Source: Raillietiella orientalis | Taxonomy: Eukaryota | NCBI GenBank assembly: GCA_036172245.1 | Contig: JAYWIR010000021.1 | Coordinates: 2,294,001-2,358,000, forward strand | Length of the DNA stretch: 64,000 nt | Direction of reading: 5' to 3' | In this document: in pieces, positions 38,805 to 51,102 of the stretch | How the letters are laid out: each line of letters opens with the position of its first letter | Position numbering within the stretch: position 1 is the first letter of the stretch | Notes under the pieces: generated by a model | What the model was told of the DNA's origin: nothing | Databases searched by the model: none | Seen by the model: only the letters and a program-made list of their open reading frames with translations | Position numbers and translations under genes: made by a program

Positions 38805-40745
38805 TTAGGTTGGTGCAAAAATAATTGCAGTTTTCTACGTACCGAGTATACAGACGCATATGTCAGGTCCTCTTCGATCGACTGACGCTGGCCGCAAACG
38901 ATGCAGCTTCTGCATTTTTACAATCTCCTGAAAATGCTTTCCTGCTGCTTTTGCTTTACCGGGATTTAAGGAGTTGTAGTGGACGATGCCACTTGCCGAC
39001 CACCAAGCAGTGACCTAAAGCTTCGGTTTAGGAAACTGCTTTGGTTTTTGCTTCGCCTCGGTCTAGTAACTGTGATGAACGCTTCCGGGTGCTGTGGAGA
39101 ATCCTCTTTTCATCACGTGTGACAACACGCAAAAGAAGCTCAGAACGCCGAACTGCTTGATGGCCGTTTCGCCCATGCGTTGATCCAGCTTTTTTTGTTT
39201 TTCCGATTGGTCTCAAATGTCGAACAGTTTCCCCCATTCCGACTGGCGGTGGGATAAATTTATTTAACGGATTTAATTCACAATCCCACAATGCTTCTAA
39301 GTGCCACTGATTGCCACCTGCTTGTTAATTTCAGGGTTATTCTTCGGGAATGAGGATCGCTGAGTTCTTTGTGGGGATTCCACTCACTTGGGTAAGTTCC
39401 TCAATCTTTTGCAGGATGTAACCGTAAGTCCAGGCGTGAATACGTCCGCAGTTCCCGGTCCTTACTTCCTTCTCCACTAGTCGCTTGAGGATGTTCACTG
39501 CCGGCGCCCTGTTCATATGGTTCCACAGTTCTATCCTTCTTTTCACGATGCTCGTGATGAAGAGGGCGATGGTAGTGCGGACCATTGGGTTGTATCGCGG
39601 AACGTTGCCGTTCCCTTCAAACATCCCCCCGCCAGGATCTCCATCTTCCTCACCGTCTCCAGGACAGTCACCTGCTTCAGCTTGGTCCAGTCGGGGCGCA
39701 GCGTCGGGCAGGTGAGTTCGTGGAGTCGCGTTTCCCTGTCTCCACAAGCTTCGCAGATCTCGTCCGGGCTGTCGCCTGACCAGTGCTTCGCCCTCGTGCC
39801 GCTCAGGATGCCTCCATGATAAAGCATCAGGAGGTCATCCTGAGTGTCGGATAGTGAGTCGCTCTTCCAGACCGTGGTTCCAAATGCCAGCAGGTTCAAC
39901 TGGCGGCCGCAGATAGAGCGCCACCTCCGTCCGGGTTCTTCGTCACCGCTTCTCGGATGGTCGCTCTGGTGATCAGGCGCCAGCAGTTGGATCCCTGATT
40001 TGTCCAGAACTCTCGGCACCTGTGGGTAAATCTCCCCTCCATCTTCGTGGTGAGGCGAAACAGTCGCATCTTTTCGCGGTCGTCACTTGTCGCGAACAGC
40101 TCGCAGTCCCTGATGTGGCCATCCTTGCCCTCTGGAATATCCACTTCCTAGTGTCCCAAGGGATTCGCATGAAGCATCGGATGACCTTGGCTAGTTCCTC
40201 ATTCCGAATTTCTTTACTCCTCGGCAGTATTCTGGGTTCCTTGTCTAAAGTGTCGAACAACTGTTGAATGATCAACATTGAGTTTCCTCGCCCCCTTTCG
40301 AGTCGTAGCATACGTAGGTCCGCTTCAGTAATGGTTCTCACATCATTATCGTCCATAGCTGAAGGACGTCCACGACTTTCTTCATTTTCGAGGTTTTCGT
40401 TTCCATCGCGGGACTTCCGGAACCAGGGTTGAGCTGCAAGTTCACTAACCGACTCTTCGTCCAAAACAAACTGAATATTTCGAGCTGTTGCTTCACCAAT
40501 CCAATTGAAACTCGTGCAACAACGTCGCTCGAATCTGCCTTTTTTTTTTCCATGGCTGATTTAAGAGGTCATACCCAACAACACCAAAGAATAAAAGCAA
40601 TGGACATGAACTGAAATCAGTAAGCCAATTACATTGTTCACAATGATGTATACCAAATGACAACAGCAAAAGATAGCGGCAGCTACAAAAATCTGGGCCA
40701 AAACTTGAAATGATGAAAGCCGCAGCTATTTTTGCACCAACCTAA
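38805..40745 (-). mobile_element. Hsmar1/cecropia-type mariner, both ITRs present, transposase dead and split by a LINE
   Basis: ITRs TTAGGTTGGTGCAAAAATAATTGCAGTTTT (38805-38834) and TTAGGTTGGTGCAAAAATAGCTGCGGCTTT (40745-40716), left TA site intact. Transposase from ATG 40553: RQIRATLLHEF..WFRKSRDGNENLENEESRGRPS..LNVDHSTVVRH | VRHLRPIGKTKK..VVTRDEKRIL. Confidence 0.93.
39227..40240 (-). mobile_element. 5'-truncated L1/Tx1-like LINE inserted in the mariner
   Basis: ORF2 end ...YHGGILSG..CEACGDRETRLHELTCP, 3' UTR with AATAAA and hairpin; flanked by a degenerate direct repeat ttg(g)tct(c)aaa(g)tgtcgaaca (39207-39226 and 40241-40259). Confidence 0.85.
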
Positions 40746-40899
40746 TGTTACGTTGAGTTGAGGCTATGTCGAGAGCCTAATGAGGTCTTGCAGGTCAATG
40801 GACTGCAGGGATGAATGCTACTGAGGTACCCAAGATGAAGCTTTCGTCTGCATCTGTGCGAATTCATGCAAGAGGAACATCAGCAGCAAGAGTCGTGTC

Positions 40900-42390
40900 C
40901 CAAGTCAAGGCGGCGTGGAATAACAGGCTCCCTACGCCGCCATGGTGACTGAGCCCACTGCGCCAGGAGGCGCGGCGCAGCGGAATCGTTCCTGCTGGAT
41001 TTTCCGCTGGACTTCAGCGCACTCCTCTCCAGGTGGATGAGTCCAAGCGGGTGGGAGGATAGAGGGACCTTCGCATTCCCGGAAGGGAGACCGCTGCCTC
41101 TTCTCGCGAACGTCCTGACCTGATGCCGGGAGCGATGCAGTTTCTGCACCGCGTCCTGCAGCTGGAAGGAGGGGCAGCAGAACGGTAGGATCCCTGTCCC
41201 AGCAGCAGCCCCGTTACCATGCGAAGCCCAGGAACGGACCCACCTGGCCAAGGCGATCCGCAGGAGGAGCCTTCCGTATCGCGCACCGACTCTCCAGAGG
41301 GCGGGGCCTGGAATCCAGCCGTCTTTCCCTTTCGCCGAAAGCCCCTTTCTCTTTATCCCTCGTCCCTCTCTGGTGGTCGCGTGCCAGAGACTCTGTAGCG
41401 AGCCACCTCGCTGCTTCCAGCGTGTTCGCCTTGCATGTTTGCTCACGTGATTAAGCGTGCCGGGCTCGACTGCGAAGCAGCCAAGTGGGAATTTTCACCA
41501 CCTTCCCGCGGGAACGAAGGATGCTTTTCGTCTTTCGCTCCCGGAATCCCTGAGCGTGCTTGGGAGATGGGACAGAACCATCCTCTGAAAAGAAAGCCTG
41601 GGCCGTGCCGCGCTGCGCAGACGACGCCTAAAGCCTTAGTCAGGTCGCGGAAGGAAAACCCTGTGGTCCTCCTCCCTCCCTCCCCCCCATGCCACACAGG
41701 ATGTCCCCTCCTGAATGCACTCGCATTGGGTGTTTGCAGATGCCCGCATATCCGCCACCACCAACTCCCAAATGCTGCGCAACCCGGGATCACTGGCCTG
41801 GACACCGCTTTGTCCGCGCAGGTCCTGCAGGAGAAGCGGCACGGGCGCAGAGAAGAGGGTGAGAACCTCCTTGCGTCCCGCCCTGTGGACGCGCGCGGAG
41901 CTGGATCTCAATAGATCCTGCCTCTGAAGGTGTGTCCTCCAGGTGAAAGGGGTGGGAAGGTCCGGTCTGCAGCAGGTGCGGAGAAAGGGAGCCCTTCCCT
42001 CACCTGCTCGCTCGTGGATTGTGCTGCCGTCCGTGCTCTGTGGGAACGCGTCCTTCGCTGCGTCCCTGCGGATCCCCGAGGGCAACCTCAGAGACCCGCC
42101 TCCTCCTGCGCGACGCCCTCACGCCGGCCACATCCCCAGCAGCACTTTGATGCCTACACGGGATCGTGGCTGCACGGAGCAACGCAAGAGGAGGCCAGGA
42201 CGACAGGGACGCCATCAACTTTGCCGTCCTCTTCATGAGGATAGCGTCAAGATGGCCGCATCTGGGAACCATAAGACAGGAACTTGCCTCACAAGGATGC
42301 AGGGGCACCCTCCAGCACACGGTGCTCCGTTTCCGAACGCTCTCAATTTTTTTTGTATATATTTTTTTGCTTTATTTTTGTTTTTGTTTG
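40900..42390 (+). mobile_element. L1/Tx1-like ORF2 C-terminal remnant (family B, copy 1)
   Basis: VCSRCGEREPFPHLL..DCAAVRALWERV, INFAVLFMRIASRWPHL and a T-rich tail; homologous to 48200-48900 on the minus strand. Confidence 0.65.
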
Positions 42391-43129
42391 CCCCCTCCTC
42401 CCCTCTGCTGCAGAGGCGAACCTCGCTGACCTGTGCTCCGGTCCTCGACAGGTTCCCACGGTTACAGTTGTAACCTGGCAGGACCAAGAGTCCTGCCACC
42501 GCGTTGTATGTTTATTTTCTATAGATAAACGCTCCTGCGCAACCAGATGTCAACCCGGTGAGGGGCACCTGCTTCCTACTTCCTCTACGCATACAGGGTC
42601 TTCCGGAAAGCCCTTTGGGAAAGATTGATGAAAGCCCATCCACCTCGTGGTCCCAATGCTGGCATCAAAGTGGCCCCACCCGGGAGGTATGCAGCCCTAA
42701 TCCACTTGCATCTTTGGAGGGATGCAGCGGACTCCCCAAAGCACGCAGTGACCTCTTCCCCCAATCCTCAAAAGTTTCTTCTGTTTATTTTCATTTGATG
42801 TTTTCTACTTTAAATTTTATTTTCCCTTTCTTTCGCTCCCCTCCCCTTTGCCACCGAGGAGATTTTCGCCGGCCCGCGAGGCGGTTCCTTGGCAGGTCCA
42901 TCGACCACGTGGTAGGAGTGACGGTCCTGCCGCACCGCCTCCACACGTTTGATTGATATGCAAATTTATACATTTATTAATATTTAAACACAGACACTAC
43001 GTATTAATATATTGTTAACATATATATACCTAAAGATTATAAAAAATAAATAATTCGATATTTATGTATTCATTCCACGTATGTTTAGACATAAATAAAT
43101 ACATATAATAAACGCGTGCATTTATTTTT

Positions 43130-45700
43130 TGATGACGGTTCGGGACTTTGATGGAGGCTTATTCGCTTCCGAGAAGCGCTGGCACCCCTGCGATTCCTCT
43201 TGGATGGGCATCGTCGTTCTCTTTCAGCCAGTGGGGCCGCCGCACCTCGTCGCGCGCGCGCTTCTTCGGCCCACCATTCTCTGGCTGTGGCCTCCTACGG
43301 CTCCTATGCTCCTCCCGTGCTGGCAAGCGGACGAGGTTGGGGGGTCAGGGGTGAGGGAAGGGGGAGTGCTGTGGTGGTCGCTTCGTTCCCTTGAGGATTC
43401 CCTTTGCCGATATGCGTCCCCCCCCTCCTCCGCTTGATCGCCTGGAGTCCAGGACGGGCACCGGCAGCAGCACTATGCTCTGCTCAAAGAGAAAAGGGAG
43501 TTCTTTCACCCTTCCTTCACCCCGTCCTTAATGGGGGGGGAGGGGGAACCGATATTCCACAAGCGGGGCGACAAGCGCTCGCTGAGACTCGCACGCCGCA
43601 CACGCTGGCAGAGAGCGGGGAGCTCCATTCCCCCCTCCCACCCCCCTCTCAGCTGAGAGGCGACTCTCGCAGGTACGCATGGCGACGGTCCTCCGCACGT
43701 GTTACTGACCTCAGAAGACGTCCCGTCGCAACCGGGCGAGCACAAGGGTGCGCGATGTCGCTTGGCTCTTTCCCACGCGCTCCGCCTCGCGGAACATCAG
43801 GCAGCGGGGAACCCGAAGCTCGCCTAGGCGCCATCAGCAGGATTCGTCCGGGATCGGGTCGCGCTGCAGGCGGGATGGGGAATGAGGAAGCCGTCGGCGC
43901 TCCCTGTTGCCGGCCGAAAGGTCGCGCGTCACGCAGCTCGCCAGGGAGGACTCGTCTGACGACCGCCGAAGAGCGTCCAGCCGCTGCCCCGACGTGTCGA
44001 GCGAGGCACGTCAGAGCAGCGGCCCTCCGCCAGCAGAGCTAGTGGCCGAGGTTAGTCGGGGGAAGAAAGGGTGAGTGCGACGCTATCTTCCTCTTCCGTC
44101 CCCTTCGCTTGCCTCCTTTCCGAAGCTGGGATTGCTGCAGCGGATCCAACAGGACACGGCATGCCTTAGGGATGCGCAGCATGCCGTCCTGAAGGATGAA
44201 CCTGCTCTAACCCCGAGGGCCGCTCTCCTAGCCCCGAACTGACCATGCCGGGATGCACTCGAGTGTCTACTCTTAGGGGTGGCCGGGTAAGGGATGAGGT
44301 GGTCACTCGACGCCGCCATCCAACCCGGAGATCACCCGAGGATCGTGGCGCTCCCTTAGCGGGACTTTCGAGAGGGGAGCCGGCCTCCGCGTTCGAGGAA
44401 ACCGGCCTATCCCCCGTGCGGATTCGAACTCTACGGCGATCCCTTCAGGCATCGGGAAGATGCTCGCCGAGGGGGAGCGCTCCTCCCTACGCGCCCTCAC
44501 ACGCGTCAACGGGGATATGGAAAGGCGAAATGCGCGCCAGGAATCCTCCAGCGGGGGTCGGGGTCGGCGCCGCCCGTGAAACTCGCGCAGAAGCGAAAGA
44601 AGGACGGGGCGGGGGGCGGGAGGGAAGGTGAGCAGGTAGCTCTTGACACGGTCGGGCAAGGACGCGTCTCGACTGTCCAGCGTCCTCCTCGCCGGCGAAA
44701 CGACAGGATGAGACCACGGCGGGGCCGTCGCGCTGGGAGGACGAGGGCGTCTCCATTCCGCAAGGGCGATGGGAGCGGACTACCCGCCTCTGAGAAAGGA
44801 GGCTGCGAGAGGTCGGAAGGCCTGATGCGTTTCTCAGTCCGCAGAAGTGACCGTAGAGGGACCCGTGGCGATCCGCGGGAGCTAACGTGGGCGTGACGTC
44901 AGGGTTATCCAGAGCGCGACGTGGATTTTCGCCCAAGCAGAACCGTGGTCGCCTGAGGCCACGAGGTGCTGCCAGGGGGGAAGGGAAGGGAGGGGAAGCA
45001 TCCGGCGTGCTCCGGAACGCACGAAATGCCCCCTTTCGGGGGAGCCGCATCGCCATCGTCTGGTGGGGAGCGCGTGACGTGCTCGTAGGGCTGCTTGCGA
45101 CGGTCCGTGGGCAACCGCGGAAGTTCAGACAATCATCCGCAGGGGAGGAGACGATGGGAGCGGCGGGATGGGCGGCGGGAACGACCGGGAAGCAACTGCA
45201 GGTGCCTTGGAAACGCGGATGCCGAAGTTGGTCGGGAGAGCGTTCTCTGGTCACTCCAGTTCGCGAATCACTGCTCGGCGCCGCGCTCGGAGGGCGCCTC
45301 CGGGGCGAGGAGAGATCACGGGCGCGCAAGCAGCCCCGATTGCCAGAGTACCTCCGCTCGATCCAACGACTCCATCCGGCTCAGGACGCGTAGGTGGCTC
45401 AGGGTTGCCAGGGTCAGCAGGCAGGATCTTCTCCACTCCTGCCGGGTGCACGGGAGCTCGTCAGCTGCGCAGATCACTCCGAGGATTATGCACCGGCAGC
45501 CTTCCTGCGTGATCGGGGGCGGGCGGCTGCAGTGGGGCCGGCCTGCTGTGCCACTGCGTCGCGGACTGAGCGAGGGCGACCCTGGAGCTGTCTTGAGGGC
45601 CGTGAGGTTCCCACGCGCTCTCCCTTCGCCGAGCAGCCCGAGAGAAACGTGCGCCCGCCGACCTCCCCCTCCCCGCCCCCATCGATCGCGCGTCGCCTGC
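43130..45700 (+). mobile_element. Degenerate DIRS/Ngaro-like tyrosine-recombinase retrotransposon
   Basis: GLFASEKRWHPCDSSWMGIVV (~GxxxxEKxxxPxxxxLGxxD), SLRSLEDSL (~LxSLxGxL), VTDL (RNase H TDAS-like), FRGSRI..RDV (YR box I-like), RSLRGLCT (~HSLRxGxAT). Confidence 0.45.
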
Positions 45701-46479
45701 GCAGAAGGCGCCACAAGTCGGGCACCTCCCCACGCTGGCGCTGCGCGTCTCTGCTGGGAAGAAGGAGAAGCAGGGGAGGAAGAGGCCGCCCATGCTACCT
45801 CCTAATCCCCTCCTCCTCCCACCCGTTAAATCGAGACGGACGCGGGCACCACTCCTCGGGATCCGGGGGAAGACGTCCGGGAAGAAGACGCATTTTTCAT
45901 CGAGACGTCCCCTTCGTTCCCCAGGGCGCGCCGGGGCGGGATGAGCGGGGATCTTCGGCTCCAGAGATAACTGGGAGGGAGTGGGGAGGGGGCGCGGCTC
46001 GATCTGGGATCGGGATGCGCATCGATCTCCGCCGCGGTGCCTCGCGGGAATCACGGATGGCCCGACCGCTCCCCGGAGACTTCGGAAGGGGCGGCTAGCA
46101 CCCTCCTCCTCCCCGAGACGCTCTCCCGGGAAAACGAGGGCAGTGGGGGATCTGCCCCTTCCCCTTCTCTCCCTGGATCCTTCCTCCCCTTTTCGAGGAG
46201 GAAACCGCTTTCCCCACCCATGGGGATGAGGGGCGGCCGTTTATCCCTGCCGCCGTTCTTGACCCTCCCCCTCTCCCTTTTCGCAGCATACCAGTCGGCT
46301 CTCCTCGTAGGTGCCCTCGGAGAGCGCATCGGTCGACTTACGTGGAGACATCCTGGGAAAGACGCGTAAGCAAGAAGCGGGGAACGAAAAAGGGGAGGGA
46401 TAAGGGGGAGTAGGGAATCTCGCCTGTATCCTGGAGCGTCCGGGAAGAGAGAGCAGGTGACGGGGTGGGCGAGCGGGCA

Positions 46480-47150
46480 CCTACGAGAGCCTCCCGCCTG
46501 GTGCTCTGCACCCGGTCTCACTATCTTTTGGGAGGACTGAAGTCGGGCAGCTCCTCCGAGGTGTGCTGGAGAATCCCTTCCTGGCTCCCTCCTCCCGTTC
46601 GCCACCCCCGCCTTGCCCGCCACCGCGACGGGCCACAATGCGGGATGGACAAGATGTTCCAGGCCGGGTGGCAGAGGCACAGGGTACAGAAGGACGTGAC
46701 GGCAGAATCGGGGCGGCGGGAGGTTTGGGAAGGGGTCGAGAAGGCAAGAGGACAGGGGAGGGCGCGTATCTCGTCTTCGGGCCGGCAGGGGGGGGGGAGG
46801 GGCAGAAGGAAGCTTCAGAAGCGGTCCTGCGGATGAGTCCCGTGTGCTCCACCTCTGGGAGGTTCGCTCGCGGGAAGCTGCGCTCATCCTCCAGGAGTTG
46901 CCTTGGGATCGGAGGACCCCGGGGGCTGTGGAGACTCGCTCGCTCCCGATCGAGGAATCACGATCGCTCCCGATTCGTGGAAATGCGCGGAATGAAGCTC
47001 CAGCGACATCGAGGACCCATCTCTGGAGAGTTTGCCGAAATATCAGTGTGCTTCCACTTTCACTCTCTAGATGGCACTGCCTGTAACGCAATGAGAATCT
47101 TGTCCGCCGGTTGCATACCAGCTCGGAAGTCTCCCCAGAACTCGAAAAAG
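46480..47150 (+). mobile_element. Merlin / IS1595 (ISXO2-like DDE) transposase remnant
   Basis: SEVCW (~REVC), GMDKMF (~EIDES.F), VWEGVEKARG (~WVFGxVERxTG), NHDRSRFVEMRG..IE..LW (~VNHxxxFVDxxGxHTxxIExxW). Confidence 0.55.
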
Positions 47151-48199
47151 GCCTGATGAAGCGGCCACCTCAGCAGCAAATGTGAAGCCGGGTTCTAGCC
47201 TCCCTAGAGGCTGCCGCGCCACGGTTTCTGCACATGCAGCATGGGTTGCCGAGGAGCTCGACGTTTTCCGCAGAAACGAAGAAGGCCGGGAAAGGAGCGC
47301 GAAGAAGGATCAGAACCGGAGGGTGTCCCTCACCAGGAAGGAGAGAAGCAGGGAAGAGCGATGGGCCCGTCAGCGCTTCGTCGGGGAGTCGATCTCCCGA
47401 CCCCGCGGGCACTCGCGGCTGTAGGATGCCGTGGCAGAGGGAGGGCGTTTCGAGGGGCAGTTTCGAAGAAGGGGACTTCGAGGAGCGACCGAGCGGAGGA
47501 GGGGGAGAGGGATGGACTGCAGGCGCTCAGACGGCGTGCAGCAGGAGGAGCGAAGAAGAGGCGAGGCAGAAGGCGCTCGTCCTCGGAAACCCCAGGAGCA
47601 CTCCCACAGTGAGGGGTCACGGGGAGTCGGGTGGCCACCTACGGTGCGTGCATGGGGGGCGATGACCGTCGATCCAAAGTTGGCTGGGAACGAGTTTGAG
47701 GGCATCAGGCCAAGGTTGCTTCAGCATCGTCCCGCTTTCCTTGGCATCCGACTTACTTGGATGCGGGTGCTCTCCCGCGAGAATATTCCCGCTGCCCTTC
47801 ACCTCCGTTCTACCCTCTCGGGCTGACCGGCATCCTTTGCAATGGCTCCGGTCTTTCCCAGTCTCACAAGGATACCACTCCTTGCCTGCAGGGCCGCTCC
47901 CCTTCCGGGATCTCGACCTTCACAAGAGAAACTCATCTCCTCCCCCTCCCCATTGCATTGCAGGGGAGGGAGCGGCTCCGTTTTCACAATCGAGGAGAAA
48001 TTCAGAAGGAAGCCGACTCCATGGTTCCTGGAAGGACCTTATAGGCAACCCCAGGGGCTTATCTGAGCTGGACTCAACCATCGCACGAAAGCTGTGCGAG
48101 TTGCCTGCGTTGGTGGCCGTATGGCTGCGGTCTACGCGCGTGGCACTAAGAGCTGCAGGTTCGAATCGAACCCCTCGGGTTCCAACCCTTGGAGAAGAG

Positions 48200-48900
48200 G
48201 GGTGCGGAAAGGGATCACGTCCTGCTGAGGACGGTCTTCTGCATCCTTCGGAAGATGGCGGCAAGCTCTTGCTGCATACTGTCCTTCAAGTGGGGCCATC
48301 TTGTTGCCATCCTCATGAAGCAGACGGCAAAGTGGATGTGGCACCCCTGTCGCTCGGTCCTCCTCTTGCGTGGCTCCAGGCCACTGCAATCCCGCTTAGG
48401 AAGCAGAGCAGAGCTGCTAGCGAGGCTGCCAGCCGAAGGGCGTCGCGTAGTTGTAGTAGTAGTTTCAGAGCGCCACTGTAGTTGCCTCCGGAGGTCCCTA
48501 GGATAGCGGAGAAGCGTTCCCAGATGCCCCGGAGAGCAACACAGCCCACAAGCATGTGCGGGAGGAATTCACGCTCCCTGCACCTGCCACAGTACGGGTC
48601 CTATTCCCATGTCCAGTGATGTCGGCAGGCGTTGTACGAGAGACCCCGGTGCAGCAGCATCAACTCCAGCACCTGCCACTTCAGGGGGAGAGTACGGGTG
48701 TCCAAGAGCACTGGGAGCCACCGCAGGTCTTCCTCCGGAATACACAGTAGCTCACCCCAGCGCAAAAGTCCACGAGGTGAGCCACTTGGGGTCGCAGCGC
48801 CCGTAAACTGGTCCGTCGTCCACTCACTGGGTTCTTTCCTCCTGGCGATGATTTCCACGGAGACTTCCTATCCAGCCGCAAGGCTGCTGCCCATGTGTTC
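48200..48900 (-). mobile_element. L1/Tx1-like ORF2 C-terminal remnant (family B, copy 2)
   Basis: RWLPVLLDTRTLPLKWQVLELMLLHRGL..DPYCGRCREREFLPHMLVGCVALRGIWERF..IHFAVCFMRMATRWPHL. Confidence 0.75.
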
Positions 48901-49300
48901 CCTCAGGTAGAGTAACGCTGCAGCAAGGGAGGTTCATCCTGCCCACGCACGTTTTCCTGGATCTTGGAGAATCTACAGGCGCGAGTAGTTGTTGTAGGGT
49001 CCACACAGGAAATGTTGTGCCTGTTCCGGGAATCGTTCCTGGTTCCTCGCTCAAGTGCGAACGGTTTCCTGCAACCAGGCACTACCGTTTGTAGGGAGGC
49101 AGGAGATCCATCCGTTTTTCCTGACCAGAGTGGCCACCTGCCGAAGGTGCACTCTGCAGTGGATGAGGATGCGTGGACGGAGAGCAAGGAAGGGCGCGGG
49201 TCACACGCTGCCGGCGGCTTGCTGCACGAGGAGACGTGCAGGGCCCCACCAGGTGACTCTCCACATCTTTGTCACAAGGGCAAGCGTCCAGAAATGGAGC
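48900..49300 (+). mobile_element. Possible L1/Tx1 ORF1 (zinc-knuckle) remnant
   Basis: F(P)DQ..ATCRRC..GH (~YPGQPxTCxRCxxxGH); similar fragments near 42460-42580 and 53420-53500. Confidence 0.35.
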
Positions 49301-49499
49301 TGGATCTCCATTCGCTCCAGCGTCAGGGGAGGCCGAGGCTACCATCCCGATGCGGAGCACACAAGTCCTTTAGGTGGACTCGGGGCTTCCCTTTGCCCCA
49401 GAGGGCGATCCGGAGTAGGGCCTTCGTCCGCATTCTGACGCTCTCAGGTGGGAGGCAAAAAGCAAATGGATGGAGGTGCTGAAAGACCTGCCAATTACA

Positions 49500-50200
49500 T
49501 GATGAATCGTGCAGCATTATCAAATTTTCCTGAAGGAAAAATTCTGAGAACCTTGTTTTGTGGATTTCACTGCGTGCCGCGCCCACTTCTGACGATAGAA
49601 AAGAATGTTCCGCGCTAGAACTCACTCTTCTGAAAGAAGAGAATTATGGATTCCGGCAGTGCCCTCCTGCAAGTGCCCATCAACACAGATGGATCTGCAT
49701 CGGAATTCCTGTTCGAACAAGAACTTTTCCGAGTTGCCATGCTCTTCAGCTTTACCATCGTTTCTTAACCGCTGATGATGCCAAGCATCCAGCTGCTGTC
49801 CCAACTCACAAGGAGCTCGTAGGTCTCTTACTGGGGATATTGACCGGCACTCCGCTACTGTTCGCTCCTTTCTGCTCCATTCCTCACAGCTTCCTCTTGG
49901 CGCACGCGTCAGCCTGCACCTTCCTCTGCGTTTTTGCCGAGGTCCATCAACAGAAGGAGCTGAGCACGCTAGCTGGGGTTTCCGGTGCCGGGAGAGGAGA
50001 ACTTCGAAAGGGCAAGCAGTCGGTGAAAAGGAGAACCTTTTTGGACACTGCGGCGGTGCTCTTTCTAAAAAGCAAACGTTCCAAAACGGAGATGGCCAGG
50101 CTACATCCTTCTTTCGAAGACGAAATCCACAAGGTCATCGATGTCATCTGATAATTCAATCGGCGGCATTCGATTTCTAAAATGCTCTTGTGATGAGCTG
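49500..50200 (-). mobile_element. Possible Ty3/Gypsy gag remnant
   Basis: VLERLLF..KKVLLFT (~YxERLxxF..KK..LxT) and VRDLRAPCELGQQLD (~LRxLAxxCEFGxxL). Confidence 0.35.
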
Positions 50201-50282
50201 TAGGTGGTCGCACATGCATTTCAAAGGATGGGCGCACTTCAAGGAACATACGATGTTTCTAAAAGTGGCATGCTTTAGATTG

Positions 50283-50535
50283 TTAATTAGCTTTTAATTC
50301 ACAATTAGCTTTTAGCGAATTAGCTTCTAATTCTTTCATTCTAATAATAGTTAATTAGCTTTAATTCTTTAATCGCAATGACTAGTTTTTAAAACATAAT
50401 TAGCTTTTAGACAATTAGCTTTCAATTCTTTGACCGTACCAATTAGCTTATAATGCAATAGATTTTAATTCTTTAATTGCACTAATTAGCTTTTGGTTCC
50501 TAATTAGCTTTTACTTTTTTAGTTTTGATTAGCAT
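50283..50535. repeat. AT-rich short-period tandem repeat (AATTAGCTT core, 9 copies)
   Basis: aattagctt recurs at about 50285, 50303, 50318, 50353, 50398, 50413, 50441, 50484 and 50502. Confidence 0.9.
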
Positions 50536-51102
50536 TCGATCTTCATTGGTGCACAACAAAAAACCCGAGAGGAAGGAGATGGTGAGGTCTGACGTGAGTT
50601 CTTGAAATGGAACACTCTGCTCGAATAGATGAGGAGAGTGATAATTTTGAGGGTCTAAAAAAATGAATAAATAAATTGAAAAGATTAAAAGCTATTTAAA
50701 TAGCATCTTTTTTCCAAGATAAATTAGTTGCATTCAACTTAAAGTACTCGTTCAAGGTGAGGGTTTCTACGGAAAATAATGACACGATTGGTACTAAAGG
50801 TAATGAAAGGCTAAACACTTTAGTAGGAGTTTTGTAAGTTGAAACAGATTGTACTACGTATGAGCCAACGTACTTCTTTTAATGGAACATCAATTTAGAG
50901 TAGGCAAGAAAAAAAGAATCACAGACCGATAACATTTATTAGGAGGAGCATCTCAAAAGTAAGAGCCGATCGGATACAAAGGAAGAACAAGGAAGAATGA
51001 AACGGAAATGGATCGGTGGTTCGAAGCGCATCCGTTCCCATGTCGTTTCTCTACGTAGTCGCCATTTTTTTCCGAAGCACTTTTGATACCCCTGGAAGAA
51101 GC

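Noticed and set aside
50283..50535. Repeat-spacer pattern suggestive of CRISPR
   Set aside because: The core is only 9 bp, the spacers are irregular and mutually similar, there are no cas genes, and the context is eukaryotic
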